DNA of 44,533 bases from Chloroflexota bacterium (lineage in GTDB: Bacteria > Chloroflexota > Dehalococcoidia > JACPPT01): assembly GCA_016190815.1 (NCBI GenBank), contig JACPPT010000014.1:1-44533 (forward strand), given 5' to 3'. The position numbers and the translations under genes are program-made. Each line of letters opens with the position of its first letter. Positions within the stretch are counted from its first letter, which is position 1. Below are positions 10,367 to 20,731 of the stretch, piece by piece. A model generated the notes under the pieces. It ran no database searches. It saw nothing but the letters and a program-made list of their open reading frames with translations, and had not been told where the DNA came from.

Positions 10367-10912
10367 ATGTCTAGGATAGGAAACAAGCCCATAGCTATAC
10401 CCAAAGGGGTAGAGGTAAACATAAAGGACCACCAGGTGGTGGCAAAGGGCCCCAAGGGGGAGGTCTCTCAGCCCTTCCACAAAGATATGTCTGTGATTAT
10501 TGAGAGTGGCCAAGTAAAGGTAAGCCGCTCCACAAATGAGCGCCTCCACCGCGCCCTCCACGGCCTCACCCGGAGTCTTATTGCCAACACGATCGAGGGG
10601 GTGAGCAAGGGCTTCAGCAAGAGCCTTGAGATTGTGGGGGTTGGCTACAGGGCGCAGGTGCAGGATGGTAAGCTTGTCATTCAGATTGGATTTTCTCACC
10701 CTGTGGAGATTGTACCGCCGCCCACGATCTCCTTCTTGGTAGAAGGCGCTAACCGCATTACGGTTCAAGGAATGGACAAGCAACTGGTGGGGCAGATAGC
10801 GGCCCAGATTCGTAGAATCAGGCCTCCCGATTCTTATAAGGGCAAGGGCCTGCGTTACACCGGCGAGAGGGTGCGACTAAAGGCCGGCAAAGCGAGTGCA
10901 AGGAAGAAATAG
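10367..10912 (+). CDS. rplF: 50S ribosomal protein L6 (uL6)
   Basis: 181 aa, [17 protein letters not shown]... Confidence 0.96.
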   Translation: MSRIGNKPIAIPKGVEVNIKDHQVVAKGPKGEVSQPFHKDMSVIIESGQVKVSRSTNERLHRALHGLTRSLIANTIEGVSKGFSKSLEIVGVGYRAQVQDGKLVIQIGFSHPVEIVPPPTISFLVEGANRITVQGMDKQLVGQIAAQIRRIRPPDSYKGKGLRYTGERVRLKAGKASARKK

Positions 10913-10913
10913 C

Positions 10914-11282
10914 ATGGTATCTATGTTAGAAAAAAGAAAAGCAAGGCTCGGAAGGCACGCCCGTATTCGGACCAAGGTGGTGGGGACGGTGACGCGTCCG
11001 AGGCTTTGCGTTTTCAGAAGTCTGAACCATATATATGCCCAGGTTATCGATGACACGAAAGCTCATACCGCGGTATCGGCTTCAACCGTGGATAAGGAAA
11101 TCAGGGAAGTCCCTAAAGGCAAAAACAAAAAGGAGAGGGCAGGCTTGGTGGGTACCCTTGTGGCAAAGAGGACTTTGGAAAAGGGGATAAAACAGGTTGT
11201 CTTTGACCGAGGCGGGTATAAATACTGTGGTCGTGTGAAGGCATTGGCAGATGCAGCAAGAGAGGCAGGTCTGGTATTCTGA
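10914..11282 (+). CDS. rplR: 50S ribosomal protein L18 (uL18)
   Basis: The ATG at 10914 lies just after the rplF stop and follows AGGAAG. About 122 aa with [24 protein letters not shown]. Confidence 0.94.
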   Translation: MVSMLEKRKARLGRHARIRTKVVGTVTRPRLCVFRSLNHIYAQVIDDTKAHTAVSASTVDKEIREVPKGKNKKERAGLVGTLVAKRTLEKGIKQVVFDRGGYKYCGRVKALADAAREAGLVF

Positions 11283-11812
11283 TGCAAACCAGAGAGAGAA
11301 TACAGGGCAGGGACACTGAGGAAGCAGGCCTCAGTGAGAAGGTAATCGAGATAAAACGCGTGTCCAAGGTGGTGAAAGGTGGGCGTCACTTCAGCTTCAG
11401 CGCTGCTGTGGTAGTGGGGGATGGTCAGGGGAAAGTGAGCCTTGGCTTGGGGAAGGCAGGCGGTGTGCCCGAGGCTGTTCGCAAGGCTGGCGCCAGCGCC
11501 AGGAAGAACATGATGCCAGTCGCTATGAATGGCGACACTATCCCTCATATGCAGTTGGCCAAGTTCGGCGCTGCAAAAGTGCTGCTCAAGCCCGCCTCGC
11601 CGGGAACGGGGATAATAGCTGGTGGCGCTATTCGAGCTGTGGTGGAGGTGGCAGGAATCAAGGACGTTCTGACCAAGTCCTTGGGTTGCTCTAACCCTGC
11701 CAACGTAGCGAGAGCCACCATTAAGGCCCTGAGTCTTCTTAGAGACCCTAAGGAAACTATAACGATAAGAAAGCAGGGATCAAAATCCCAGCAGGATAGT
11801 GGGACCAAATGA
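11282..11812 (+). CDS. rpsE: 30S ribosomal protein S5 (uS5)
   Basis: 176 aa with [19 protein letters not shown]. Confidence 0.96.
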   Translation: MQTRERIQGRDTEEAGLSEKVIEIKRVSKVVKGGRHFSFSAAVVVGDGQGKVSLGLGKAGGVPEAVRKAGASARKNMMPVAMNGDTIPHMQLAKFGAAKVLLKPASPGTGIIAGGAIRAVVEVAGIKDVLTKSLGCSNPANVARATIKALSLLRDPKETITIRKQGSKSQQDSGTK

Positions 11813-11997
11813 GCAAGCTCAGAATCACTTGGAGGAAAAGCTCTATTGGCTATTCTAACGACCAGAAAAAAACACTGAGGGCTTTGGGATTCAAGCACCT
11901 TAAACAGACTTTAGTTCACGAAGACTCTCCATCCATACGTGGCATGGTAGAAAAGGTAAAGCACTTGGTTTTGGTAGAGGAAAGTAAAGAGGAATAG
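11809..11997 (+). CDS. rpmD: 50S ribosomal protein L30 (uL30)
   Basis: 62 aa, ATGA overlap with rps[25 protein letters not shown]. Confidence 0.93.
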   Translation: MSKLRITWRKSSIGYSNDQKKTLRALGFKHLKQTLVHEDSPSIRGMVEKVKHLVLVEESKEE

Positions 11998-12468
11998 ATG
12001 GTCAAACAGAACGAACTTGCCCCTCCACCTGGGGCTAAACACAAGAGAAAAAGGGTAGGCAGGGGCATAGGCAGCGGACATGGGGTCTTCTCTGGGCGGG
12101 GCGTGAAAGGCCAAAAGGCGCGCTCCGGAATGCGCATGCGCCCGGGCTTTGAGGGCGGTCAGTTGCCCATCATAAAACGAATGCCATCCAAGCGTGGCTT
12201 TACAAACTTGTTCAGGAAAGAGTATGCCGTTGTCAATCTTGGTAGACTGAATGTTTTCGACGATGGGGCTGAGATCACCCCCCAGCGCCTCCTCGAGGTT
12301 GGGCTGGTCAAGTCCCTCAGAAAGCCCATCAAGATCTTGGGCAATGGTGTAATAACTAAAGCCCTCACAGTAAAGGCGAATCACTTCTCCAAATCCGCTC
12401 AAGAGAAGATCAAGGCATCTGGTGGAAGGACGGAGGTCTTGGACGATGTCCCAGGCGCAACGCTCTAG
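11998..12468 (+). CDS. rplO: 50S ribosomal protein L15 (uL15)
   Basis: 156 aa with [27 protein letters not shown]. Confidence 0.95.
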   Translation: MVKQNELAPPPGAKHKRKRVGRGIGSGHGVFSGRGVKGQKARSGMRMRPGFEGGQLPIIKRMPSKRGFTNLFRKEYAVVNLGRLNVFDDGAEITPQRLLEVGLVKSLRKPIKILGNGVITKALTVKANHFSKSAQEKIKASGGRTEVLDDVPGATL

Positions 12469-13777
12469 TCCTCGCCTCCTCCAGGCTGCTATAGATGCCT
12501 TCCGGCAGCCAGACATACGGCAAAAGCTCTTATTTACCTTCGGGATACTGATCATCTTCCGATTTATAGCTCATGTACCCGTGCCAGGGGTAAATACTGC
12601 TGCTCTCTCCGATCTTTTTGAGAGGAACCAACTCCTGGGCATGTTAGACCTGTTCAGCGGTGGTGCTATGCGCAACCTCAGTGTGGCAGCCATGGGAGTC
12701 TATCCCTATATCACAGCTTCCATTGTCATGCAGCTTCTGGTGCCTGTCCTCCCGCAGCTCACAGCCCTTTCAAAGGAGGGTGAGATGGGGAGGCAGAAGC
12801 TAAACCAGTACACTCACTGGCTCACTGTTCCTATGGCAGCCTTCGGCGCGTATGGGCAGCTCGTATTGATGCAAAACCAGGGTGTAATTACAGGCATAGG
12901 CCTGAGCGGAGAGTCCTTGCTGCCCACACTGGCTATGGTCGTCTCCATGACTGCTGGCACTATCTTTCTTGTGTGGTTGGGGGAACTCATAACGGAGAAC
13001 GGCATAGGCAATGGCGTATCAGTAATAATCTTTGCGGGGATTGTGGCCGGGCTGCCAAGCATTGTGGGGCAGGCCTTTTTACAGAGGGGGAATATAGGGG
13101 GGTTGATGTTCTTCGTAATAATCGGGCTGCTTATCGTTGCGGCCATAGTAATCTTCACTGAGGCCCAGCGCCGCTTGCCAGTCCAGTATGGCAGGAGCGT
13201 CTTCCGAGGGGGGAAGATGTACAGACAGAGTGGGTCTACTCATATTCCCCTCAGGGTGAACTCGGCAGGGATGATCCCTCTCATTTTCGCCATGTCAATA
13301 ATGATAACCCCAGGTATCATTGCCAGCTACTTTGTTGGGGCCCCCGGAGCACCCAAGACATTCGTGAACACCGCAGCCGAATTCATCGCCCAGCTCTTCA
13401 ACACGACGGGGTTCTTCTATTGGGCATTTTACTTCGTCTTGGTGGTTGCCTTCGCTTTCTTCTACACCATGGTCATATTCCAGCAAACGAACATGGCTGA
13501 GAACCTGCAAAAAAGCGGAGGCTTCATTCCAGGCATAAGGCCAGGGAAGCCCACTGCCGATTACGTGAATCGAGTGCTCATCAGGATCACCTGGGGCGGA
13601 GCCCTTTTCCTGGGTATTGTAGCTATTATGCCTTACTTCGCCACCTTGATAACAGGTGTTAGAGGTTTGCAGCTCAGCAGCACAGGGCTACTCATTGTCG
13701 TAGGAGTCGTTCTGGATACCATGAGGCAACTGGAGGCACAGCTTCTGATGCGCCACTACGAGGGGTTCATAAGGTAA
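12446..13777 (+). CDS. secY: preprotein translocase subunit SecY
   Basis: About 443 aa and multi-TM, in the position after rplO. The ATG at 12446 is preceded by GGAGGT. The ORF track starts at a GTG at 12422. Confidence 0.95.
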   Translation: MSQAQRSSPRLLQAAIDAFRQPDIRQKLLFTFGILIIFRFIAHVPVPGVNTAALSDLFERNQLLGMLDLFSGGAMRNLSVAAMGVYPYITASIVMQLLVPVLPQLTALSKEGEMGRQKLNQYTHWLTVPMAAFGAYGQLVLMQNQGVITGIGLSGESLLPTLAMVVSMTAGTIFLVWLGELITENGIGNGVSVIIFAGIVAGLPSIVGQAFLQRGNIGGLMFFVIIGLLIVAAIVIFTEAQRRLPVQYGRSVFRGGKMYRQSGSTHIPLRVNSAGMIPLIFAMSIMITPGIIASYFVGAPGAPKTFVNTAAEFIAQLFNTTGFFYWAFYFVLVVAFAFFYTMVIFQQTNMAENLQKSGGFIPGIRPGKPTADYVNRVLIRITWGGALFLGIVAIMPYFATLITGVRGLQLSSTGLLIVVGVVLDTMRQLEAQLLMRHYEGFIR

Positions 13778-13802
13778 AGCAAGGAGGAAAAAGGCAAAAA
13801 CA

Positions 13803-14465
13803 TTGAAGCTGATTCTTTTGGGCGCCCCCGGTGCTGGCAAAGGCACCCAGGCAGAGAGGTTGTCTAGGAGGCTCGGGCTGGCACATGTAGCATCGGGGGA
13901 TTTATTTCGGCAAGCTCAGGACAGGGGGACACAATTAGGCCTTCTTGCAAAGCGTTACATGGAGAAGGGTATGCTTGTCCCTGACGAGATAACTATTAAA
14001 ATGATAGAGGAGCGTATTTCTGCTCCCGATTGTAAGAGAGGATTCATATTGGATGGCTTTCCTCGCACCGTGAATCAGGCAAAGGCTTTGGATAGTGCTA
14101 TGGAGAAAAGGGGCGCAGATATAGACAAGGTGCTTTACATAGAGGTTTCCTCCGAGGAGCTGGTGCGCCGGCTATCTGGGCGCTGGATATGCAGGGCTTG
14201 CCAGACACCATATCATATCTTAAGCTCGCCTCCAAAGATGGCTGGGAAGTGCGATAGGTGTGGTGGGGAGCTTTACCAGCGCCCCGATGACTCTGAGGAA
14301 ACAGCAAGAAAGCGCCTTGACGTTTACTTCTCACAGACTACTCCTTTGATAGAGTACTACAGGACCCAGGGCAAGTTAGCGGAGGTTGACGGACAGGGGA
14401 ACATAGGAAGGGTTGAACGAGATCTGTTAGGAGTCATCGAGGGAGTGCAGACAGGTGGAAGATAG
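13803..14465 (+). CDS. adk: adenylate kinase (4-Cys zinc lid)
   Basis: 220 aa with P-loop GAPGAGKGTQ and lid CRAC...CDRC. Confidence 0.96.
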   Translation: MKLILLGAPGAGKGTQAERLSRRLGLAHVASGDLFRQAQDRGTQLGLLAKRYMEKGMLVPDEITIKMIEERISAPDCKRGFILDGFPRTVNQAKALDSAMEKRGADIDKVLYIEVSSEELVRRLSGRWICRACQTPYHILSSPPKMAGKCDRCGGELYQRPDDSEETARKRLDVYFSQTTPLIEYYRTQGKLAEVDGQGNIGRVERDLLGVIEGVQTGGR

Positions 14466-14468
14466 GCT

Positions 14469-15266
14469 ATGAACACTCTTGGAAAATCGTCAGGAGCATA
14501 CACCGCTCAAAAAAATAGCGGGATACTAATTAAGTCCCCGAGGGAAATAAAGATCATGCGCTCGGCTGGGCAGGTGGTGGCCCTTGCAATAGAGGCGTTG
14601 AAGGAGGCCGTAAGACCAGGGGTGAGAACCATTGAGCTGGACGCCGTTGCCTTCGAGGTGATAACAAAAAACGGGGCCATTCCCTCCTTCAAAGGCTACC
14701 GTGGTTACCCAGCAAGCATTTGCGCGTCCATAAACGAGGAGATAGTACACGGCATTCCAGGGGAGAGGCGGCTTAAAGAGGGGGATATTGTGTCGCTGGA
14801 TGTAGGGGCTATAGTTGATGGCTTCCACGGCGATGCGGCGGCAACCCTTGGTGTGGGGGAGATAAGTCCAGAGGCACAGAGACTCATAGATACTACAAGG
14901 GATGCCCTTTGGGCTGGGATAAAAGCTGCTAAAAAAGGAGGTCGCTTGGGGGATATTTCCGCGACCATCCAGAAATATGTTGAAGAGCGCAGCTTTTCAG
15001 TAGTCCGCGAGTACGTCGGGCATGGAATAGGGAGGAATCTCCATGAAGACCCATCGGTGCCAAACTATGGAGAGGCAGGCCAAGGCCCTCTTCTTAGAAC
15101 TGGGATGACCCTGGCTTTGGAGCCTATGGTGAATGCTGGGGGGTGGCAAACCAAGTTGCTTAGCGATAACTGGACGGTTGTTACCGCAGATGGGAGCCTT
15201 TCAGCCCACTTTGAGCACACCATAGTCATAGGTGATGGAGGGGCCGAGATATTGACACTCCCCTAG
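14469..15266 (+). CDS. map: type I methionine aminopeptidase
   Basis: 265 aa with metal ligands in DIVSLDVG, GHGIG and LEPM contexts. Position after adk. Confidence 0.95.
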   Translation: MNTLGKSSGAYTAQKNSGILIKSPREIKIMRSAGQVVALAIEALKEAVRPGVRTIELDAVAFEVITKNGAIPSFKGYRGYPASICASINEEIVHGIPGERRLKEGDIVSLDVGAIVDGFHGDAAATLGVGEISPEAQRLIDTTRDALWAGIKAAKKGGRLGDISATIQKYVEERSFSVVREYVGHGIGRNLHEDPSVPNYGEAGQGPLLRTGMTLALEPMVNAGGWQTKLLSDNWTVVTADGSLSAHFEHTIVIGDGGAEILTLP

Positions 15267-15324
15267 AAAAAAAGAATTAGATACGCTAAAATAAGGGCAA
15301 ATGTTATGAGGTAATATGGGAGGT

Positions 15325-15543
15325 ATGTCTAAGAAGGAAACCATAGAGGTGGAGGCTATAGTCGTTGAGCCACTCCCCAATGCGATGTTCAGGGTGGAGT
15401 TGGCAAACGGACATAAGGTTCTGGCTCATGTTTCCGGTAAGATCCGCCTAAATTACATAAGAATTCTCCGGGGTGATAAGGTTCTGGTGGAGCTTTCACC
15501 ATATGATTTATCGAGGGGCAGGATAACCTACAGGTTCAAGTAA
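15325..15543 (+). CDS. infA: translation initiation factor IF-1
   Basis: 72 aa from the ATG at 15325, which follows GGGAGG (the ORF track uses 15316). S1-like [32 protein letters not shown]. Confidence 0.95.
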   Translation: MSKKETIEVEAIVVEPLPNAMFRVELANGHKVLAHVSGKIRLNYIRILRGDKVLVELSPYDLSRGRITYRFK

Positions 15544-15570
15544 GTTAGGGTTTTCTTAAGCGAGGAAGCG

Positions 15571-15684
15571 ATGAAGGTAAGGGCATCTGTTAAGAAGATT
15601 TGTGAAAGGTGCAAGATAGTGCGAAGAAGGGGCGTTGTCTATATTATCTGCCAGAACCCCAAGCACAAGCAACGCCAGGGCTAG
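15571..15684 (+). CDS. rpmJ: 50S ribosomal protein L36 (bL36), zinc form
   Basis: Too short for the ORF track. Hand translation gives [37 protein letters not shown], then TAG at 15682-15684. GAGGAAG SD upstream. Confidence 0.93.
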   Translation: MKVRASVKKICERCKIVRRRGVVYIICQNPKHKQRQG

Positions 15685-15702
15685 GATTATGGAGAGGAAA
15701 TA

Positions 15703-16086
15703 ATGACTAGAGTAGCAGGCATTGATATTCCAGATCGCAAGCGGGTTGAGATCGCCCTACGGTACGTACATGGTGTTGGGCCAACGTTGTCCAGAAGGAT
15801 CCTGGCCAAAGTTGGAGTTAGCCCTGAGGTAAAGGTCAAAGACCTCACTGAAGATGAGCTAAACAGAATAAGAGAGATGGTAGACAAGGAGCACGTTGTG
15901 GAGGGAGATCTGAGGCGAGAGGTGGGTCTCAATATAAGAAGGCTTGTGGAGATAGGTTGCTATCGAGGTGTAAGACATCGCCGGGGTCTTCCTGTCAGGG
16001 GGCAACGCACAAGAACCAACGCTCGCACAAAGCGAGGAGCGCGCAAGACGGTGGCCGGTCGGCGCCGCACCGTGGCAAAGAAGTAA
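15703..16086 (+). CDS. rpsM: 30S ribosomal protein S13 (uS13)
   Basis: 127 aa, [26 protein letters not shown]. Confidence 0.96.
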   Translation: MTRVAGIDIPDRKRVEIALRYVHGVGPTLSRRILAKVGVSPEVKVKDLTEDELNRIREMVDKEHVVEGDLRREVGLNIRRLVEIGCYRGVRHRRGLPVRGQRTRTNARTKRGARKTVAGRRRTVAKK

Positions 16087-16098
16087 TAGGGGTAAGAA

Positions 16099-16488
16099 AT
16101 GGCTAGAAGAAGACCTGCAGGCAGGCGGAAGGAACGAAAACTTATACCTCAGGGAAAGGCGTATATTCAATCGTCCTTCAACAATACGCTTATCACTCTT
16201 ACAGACCTTAAGGGCAACGTCATAGCATGGGGTGGGGCTGGAACATCTGCCTTCAAGGGTTCGAGAAAAGGAACGGCCTATGCTGCTCAGATGGCTGCCG
16301 AAAGCACCGCCAGGAAAGGCATGGAGCACGGCATGCGCCAGATAGATGTATTTGTAAGAGGAGCCGGCAGCGGTCGAGAGGCGGCAATTCGCTCCCTCCA
16401 GGCGGCAGGCCTTACAATTACCAGCATCAGAGATGTTACGCCTATGCCCCATAATGGTTGTCGTGCCCCGAAGAGAAGGCGTGTCTAG
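16099..16488 (+). CDS. rpsK: 30S ribosomal protein S11 (uS11)
   Basis: 129 aa with [11 protein letters not shown]...[13 protein letters not shown]. Confidence 0.96.
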   Translation: MARRRPAGRRKERKLIPQGKAYIQSSFNNTLITLTDLKGNVIAWGGAGTSAFKGSRKGTAYAAQMAAESTARKGMEHGMRQIDVFVRGAGSGREAAIRSLQAAGLTITSIRDVTPMPHNGCRAPKRRRV

Positions 16489-16579
16489 TTGAGCGCTCTC
16501 TCAAAGACAGGCTATTAAAAAGGGTTTCCAGAAAAAAGAACGGGTCTATTTGTTGATGGAGATAATTTAGGAGAAAGAT

Positions 16580-17206
16580 ATGGCACGCTATACTGAAGCG
16601 GTTTGCAGATTGTGCCGAAGAATGAGCGAAAAATTAATGCTCAAAGGTGAGAGATGTTTCACTCCCAAATGTGCTGTCGAAAGGCGCGGAGTGCCCCCTG
16701 GAGAGCATTCGGCTAGAAGACGGAGAATGTCAGAGCGGGGCGTTCAGCTCAGGGAGAAACAGAAGGTTAGATATATCTACGGCGTCTTGGAAAGACAGAT
16801 GAACAAGTATTTCGAGGCGGCAACTAGAAAGCGAGGAAAATCGGGCGAGATCCTCCTCCAGCTTTTGGAAAGGCGACTTGACAATGTAGTTTATCGGCTG
16901 GGTTTTGCCGACTCCCGGGGCCAGGCCCGGCAGCTTGTCATGCATGGACACCTTACCCTCAATGGCCGAAATGCGGACATCCCCTCTCTTTTGATTAAGG
17001 AGGGGGATACCATTGGGTGGAGGCCCAGCAGTATTAAGACTGAGTATTACAAGACCCTTATAAAGGAAATAAAGAACAAGTCCGTTCCCCCGTGGTTGAG
17101 TCTGGACATGCAGACCCTGACGGGAAAGGTTCTCTCCTTGCCACAACGAACAGATATCGAAAGCAAGATAGAAGACAGGTTGGTAGTAGAGTATTATGCT
17201 CGGTAG
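16580..17206 (+). CDS. rpsD: 30S ribosomal protein S4 (uS4), 4-Cys form
   Basis: 208 aa, MARYTEAVCRLCRR...CFTPKC, with an S4 RNA-binding domain. Confidence 0.96.
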   Translation: MARYTEAVCRLCRRMSEKLMLKGERCFTPKCAVERRGVPPGEHSARRRRMSERGVQLREKQKVRYIYGVLERQMNKYFEAATRKRGKSGEILLQLLERRLDNVVYRLGFADSRGQARQLVMHGHLTLNGRNADIPSLLIKEGDTIGWRPSSIKTEYYKTLIKEIKNKSVPPWLSLDMQTLTGKVLSLPQRTDIESKIEDRLVVEYYAR

Positions 17207-17238
17207 TCATTCCAGAATTGTCCCTAGGAGGGTTTTCT

Positions 17239-18222
17239 TTGGAAGCCATAGTTGCCCCTAAAATAGAGGTTATAGAAAGCACCGCAAGATACGGTCGCTT
17301 CGTTGCACAGGCCTTGGAGCAAGGAATGGGCACGACCATAGGCAATGCCCTTAGGCGGGTCCTTCTGAGTTCTCTGACAGGTGCAGCGGTGACGTGGGTC
17401 AGGATCGAGGGGGTGCAGCATGAGCACTCCAGTATACCCCACGTGAAAGAGGACGTCATAGACTTTCTTCTTAATGTGAAGGCGTTGCGCCTTCGGCCGC
17501 TCTCAGATAGGCCTACCAGGCTTCGGCTGGAAGTTTCAGGAGAGGGGCAGGTCTCTGCGGGGGATATAACACCCTCGGCTGATGTCGAGGTGGTAAACCC
17601 GGAGCTTCATCTGGCAACGTTAGATTCGCCAGAGGCCAAGCTCTCGGTTGAGTTCAACGTCGAACGTGGAAAAGGATATATGGGAGCTACTCACTCTGAT
17701 GGCCTACCCATCGGGGTGCTCCCTGTAGATGCCATATTCACACCAGTGCAGAAGGTCAACTATACTGTGGAGCGCATCAGGGTGGGTCAGGAATCCAACC
17801 TGGAACGTCTTGGCCTTGAGGTCTGGACCGATGGCACTATAACCCCGGAGGAGGCCATTAGAAAGAGCTCGCAGATCTTGATGGAGCACTTCTTTCACTT
17901 CAGCAACCTTGGCAAGGCAAAGGAGTTGGGTGCTGAGAGACACCTCTTGGGACTATCCCTTCCGGCAGAACAGTACAACACGCCTATTGAAGTGCTGAAG
18001 CTCTCTGCCCGGACCCTTAACTGCCTCAAGCGCAACAATATCAATAAGGTTGGCGAGGTTCTGGAGCGAAGCAAGAAAGAGTTTTTGTCTCTTAGGAATT
18101 TCGGGGAGAAGTCCCTGACGGAGCTTTACGCTCGTCTGGGAGAGGCAGGCTTTTTGCCACCAGAGTCAAACCCCCAGGAGGACGAGGAACCGACTGAAGT
18201 CGAACAGAAGGAACAGGAATAG
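17239..18222 (+). CDS. rpoA: DNA-directed RNA polymerase subunit alpha
   Basis: The ORF opens at 17092 inside rpsD. The in-frame TTG at 17239 lies 7 nt after AGGAGG and gives (M)[13 protein letters not shown]..., with [11 protein letters not shown] and a C-terminal domain. About 327 aa. Confidence 0.94.
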   Translation: MEAIVAPKIEVIESTARYGRFVAQALEQGMGTTIGNALRRVLLSSLTGAAVTWVRIEGVQHEHSSIPHVKEDVIDFLLNVKALRLRPLSDRPTRLRLEVSGEGQVSAGDITPSADVEVVNPELHLATLDSPEAKLSVEFNVERGKGYMGATHSDGLPIGVLPVDAIFTPVQKVNYTVERIRVGQESNLERLGLEVWTDGTITPEEAIRKSSQILMEHFFHFSNLGKAKELGAERHLLGLSLPAEQYNTPIEVLKLSARTLNCLKRNNINKVGEVLERSKKEFLSLRNFGEKSLTELYARLGEAGFLPPESNPQEDEEPTEVEQKEQE

Positions 18223-18224
18223 CT

Positions 18225-18575
18225 ATGAAACATGGCATTGCAGGTAGACATCTGGGAAGGGCGACAGACCATCGCATTGCCCTCTACAGAAACCTGGTAA
18301 CCGACCTTCTAAGGCATGAGAAAATCTCTACCACTGAGGCGAAGGCCAAGGAGATAAGAGGGATGGCGGAGAGAATGATAACCCTTGGGAAGGATGGCTC
18401 ACTCAGTGCCCGTCGTCAGGCGCTTTCTTGGCTAACGGACAAGAAGGTGGTAGAAAAGGTATTCAGCGAGTTGGGAAAAAGATATGCAGACAGGGCCGGG
18501 GGCTACACTCGCATAGTAAAGCTGGGCCAGCGACAGGGAGATAGCGCCCCAATAGTACAGTTAGAACTGGTGTAA
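18225..18575 (+). CDS. rplQ: 50S ribosomal protein L17 (bL17)
   Basis: 116 aa, [17 protein letters not shown]... Confidence 0.96.
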   Translation: MKHGIAGRHLGRATDHRIALYRNLVTDLLRHEKISTTEAKAKEIRGMAERMITLGKDGSLSARRQALSWLTDKKVVEKVFSELGKRYADRAGGYTRIVKLGQRQGDSAPIVQLELV

Positions 18576-18580
18576 TAGAC

Positions 18581-19414
18581 TTGATGCTCACAGAGACCGT
18601 CAGTACAACGGAAAAAGCCAGAAAGCTGGAGAATCGGACAGCCGTTGCGCTCCTGTTGGAATACAAAGGCACGCACTACCACGGCTTTCAACTGCAGGCG
18701 AATGCCTGCACTATCCAAGAGGAGTTGGAGAGTGCACTGGAAAGGCTCACAGGTGAAAAAACGCGGGTGAAGGCAGCAAGCCGTACCGATGCAGGAGTGC
18801 ATGCTAGAAACCAGGTTGTCATGTTTAGGACATTTTCCCCGCTTCCGATGGAGACCTTTGTGAAGGGGCTTAACTTCTATCTGCCCAAGGACATAGCGGT
18901 CAAGGAGGCGGTGAAGCCTCGAGAAGGCTTCGACCCAAGGCGGCGTGCTCTGGGTAGGGAGTACCGATACACCATTCTCAACAGCCCCACGACCTCTCCC
19001 CTTCTGGCGGATTTCGCATACTGGGTGCCTCAGTATCTAGACGTAGAGGCCATGGTTGAGGCAAGCAGGTCTCTACCAGGTGTGAACGACTTCGCCCCGT
19101 TCAGCGGCCCTCTGGAGTTCTCTTCTTCCAGCACTGTGCGCAGGGTCGACAGGGTAGGAGTGGAGAGGAAAGGGCGACTGGTAGTCTTCACCATGGTGGC
19201 CAGTTCTTTTCTTCCCCAGCAGGTTCGAAGAACGGTGGGTGCCCTGATGGAGGTAGGGGTGGGTAGGATGTCGGTGGAGGGATTTCACATGCTGACCAGG
19301 TCAAAAACGCGGGGTTTGGCTGGGCCTGTTCTTCCGGCCCACGGGCTTTGCCTTATAAGAGTCAACTATCCAGAAACGATATTTGTAAACGGACATGATG
19401 ATGAAGACTTATAG
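18581..19414 (+). CDS. truA: tRNA pseudouridine(38-40) synthase TruA
   Basis: 277 aa with YHGFQLQ and the catalytic RTDAGVHA motif. The start is either the TTG at 18581 or the ATG at 18584. Confidence 0.92.
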   Translation: MMLTETVSTTEKARKLENRTAVALLLEYKGTHYHGFQLQANACTIQEELESALERLTGEKTRVKAASRTDAGVHARNQVVMFRTFSPLPMETFVKGLNFYLPKDIAVKEAVKPREGFDPRRRALGREYRYTILNSPTTSPLLADFAYWVPQYLDVEAMVEASRSLPGVNDFAPFSGPLEFSSSSTVRRVDRVGVERKGRLVVFTMVASSFLPQQVRRTVGALMEVGVGRMSVEGFHMLTRSKTRGLAGPVLPAHGLCLIRVNYPETIFVNGHDDEDL

Positions 19415-19895
19415 CACAAAACTTTCGGATGTAAAACGCACTTGGCATGTCATAGATGCCACAGGTAGGACCCTCGGCAGGCTGGCAACTGAAGTAGCGA
19501 GGCTTTTAAAAGGAAAGCACAAGACCATCTATGCTCCCCACTTCGACACAGGTGACTACGTCGTCGTCATAAATGCTAGGAAGGTGAGGGTTAGTGGCAA
19601 AAAGGCACTGGAGAAGCCCTACTACTATCACAGCGGTTACTCTGGTGGCCTTCGAACAGTTACCTACGCTGAGATGATGGAGAAATTCCCTGACCGAATA
19701 ATCAAACACGCGGTCAAGGGCATGTTGCCGCACAACAGACTTGGGAGAGATATAATGGCGCGTTTGAAGGTATACGCTGGGGACGAGCACCCTCACAAGG
19801 CGCAGGTGAATGCGGGGGCAAGGCCTGCGAAGGAAGAGGCCGAGTCAAGCGCTTCGCTAAGCGCTTCTGAGGACGTCCAGGCGAAGGGAGGATAG
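19401..19895 (+). CDS. rplM: 50S ribosomal protein L13 (uL13) with an Ala/Ser/Glu-rich C-terminal tail
   Basis: Three tandem ATGs at 19395-19403. MKTYSTK...RTWHVIDA is the canonical L13 start. Overlaps the truA stop. Confidence 0.94.
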   Translation: MKTYSTKLSDVKRTWHVIDATGRTLGRLATEVARLLKGKHKTIYAPHFDTGDYVVVINARKVRVSGKKALEKPYYYHSGYSGGLRTVTYAEMMEKFPDRIIKHAVKGMLPHNRLGRDIMARLKVYAGDEHPHKAQVNAGARPAKEEAESSASLSASEDVQAKGG

Positions 19896-19896
19896 G

Positions 19897-20292
19897 TTGA
19901 CCAACCAGCGCTATTTTTGTGGAACAGGGAGACGCAAAACTGCTATAGCTCAGGTTAGATTGGTGGAGGGCCAGGGTGCCATTATTGTAAACGGGAAGCC
20001 TCTGGAGGAGGTTTTCCCGGAGGAAAGTCTAAGAGGCACTATACTGAAGCCGTTTAAGGTAACTCAGGCCCTTGATAGGTTCAGCGCCACAATTAAGGTA
20101 TTAGGTGGGGGTATATCAGGGCAGTCGGGTGCCATCTGTCACGGCATTGCGAGGGCTCTTGTGGCGGCAGATGGAAATCTAAAGGCCGTTCTTCGCAAAA
20201 ACGGTCTTCTCACTCGAGACCCGAGGGTGAAGGAGCGCAAAAAGTACGGCCTCAAGCGAGCCCGCAAAGCACCTCAGTACACCAAGCGATAA
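19897..20292 (+). CDS. rpsI: 30S ribosomal protein S9 (uS9)
   Basis: 131 aa, TTG start after AGGGAGGA, ends ...KRARKAPQYTKR. Confidence 0.95.
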   Translation: MTNQRYFCGTGRRKTAIAQVRLVEGQGAIIVNGKPLEEVFPEESLRGTILKPFKVTQALDRFSATIKVLGGGISGQSGAICHGIARALVAADGNLKAVLRKNGLLTRDPRVKERKKYGLKRARKAPQYTKR

Positions 20293-20314
20293 GCTACACT
20301 GAAGGGTAAATAAG

Positions 20315-20346
20315 AAGGCCCCCGAAAGCATCAGGGGCCTTTTTAT
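20315..20346. terminator. bidirectional intrinsic terminator between convergent operons
   Basis: AAGGCCCC (20315-20322), an 11-nt loop, GGGGCCTT (20334-20341), then TTTTATTT. The mirror A-run serves the minus-strand unit that ends at 20343. Confidence 0.8.
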
Positions 20347-20720
20347 TTGCTCCTATAGAGGAGTTTGAGAACCCTCTGCCACCAGGATAGCCTGCGTCCG
20401 TTTTCCAGTTGCCGCCCTCGCCAGTTTTTTTCCTCCCGTAATGGCAGCTTGGCTAGAGCTGTTGTATAGCCTACGAGCAGGAGAAACACAGATAGGACTA
20501 TTAGAGGCCTCGCTATGATAGGTGCAACCTTAACAAGAAGTAGGGAGAATATGAAGAGGCCGAGACCCACAAGCATGAGTTGTGCTGGAGAAGACGGCCT
20601 CAGCCTATTGAAAAAGAGAGCAACATTTTTCCACGGGCTGGGCCTTTTCTTCCGGCGGGGTGGCGTTGGCCCCAGTTTCTGGAGGAGTTCCTCTATCTCC
20701 TTTTCATATTTGTGAGCCAT
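20343..20720 (-). CDS. hypothetical small membrane protein (2 predicted TM helices)
   Basis: 125-aa ORF starting 11 nt after the upstream gene's stop. It has a hydrophilic N-terminus, two hydrophobic stretches (LMLVGLGLFIFSLLLV, LIVLSVFLLLVGYTTAL) and a basic C-terminus. I recognise no family. Confidence 0.6.
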   Translation of the reverse strand: MAHKYEKEIEELLQKLGPTPPRRKKRPSPWKNVALFFNRLRPSSPAQLMLVGLGLFIFSLLLVKVAPIIARPLIVLSVFLLLVGYTTALAKLPLREEKNWRGRQLENGRRLSWWQRVLKLLYRSK

Positions 20721-20731
20721 TGTTTCTTCCT

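Noticed and set aside
9602-10783. 393-aa minus-strand ORF
   Set aside because: It lies antisense to rpsN, rpsH and rplF, and has no motifs.
11911-12555. 214-aa minus-strand ORF
   Set aside because: It lies antisense to rpmD, rplO and the secY start.
17092-17238. 49-codon N-terminal extension of the rpoA ORF overlapping rpsD
   Set aside because: The extension lies inside rpsD in another frame. A TTG with a perfect AGGAGG SD at 17239 gives the canonical RpoA N-terminus.
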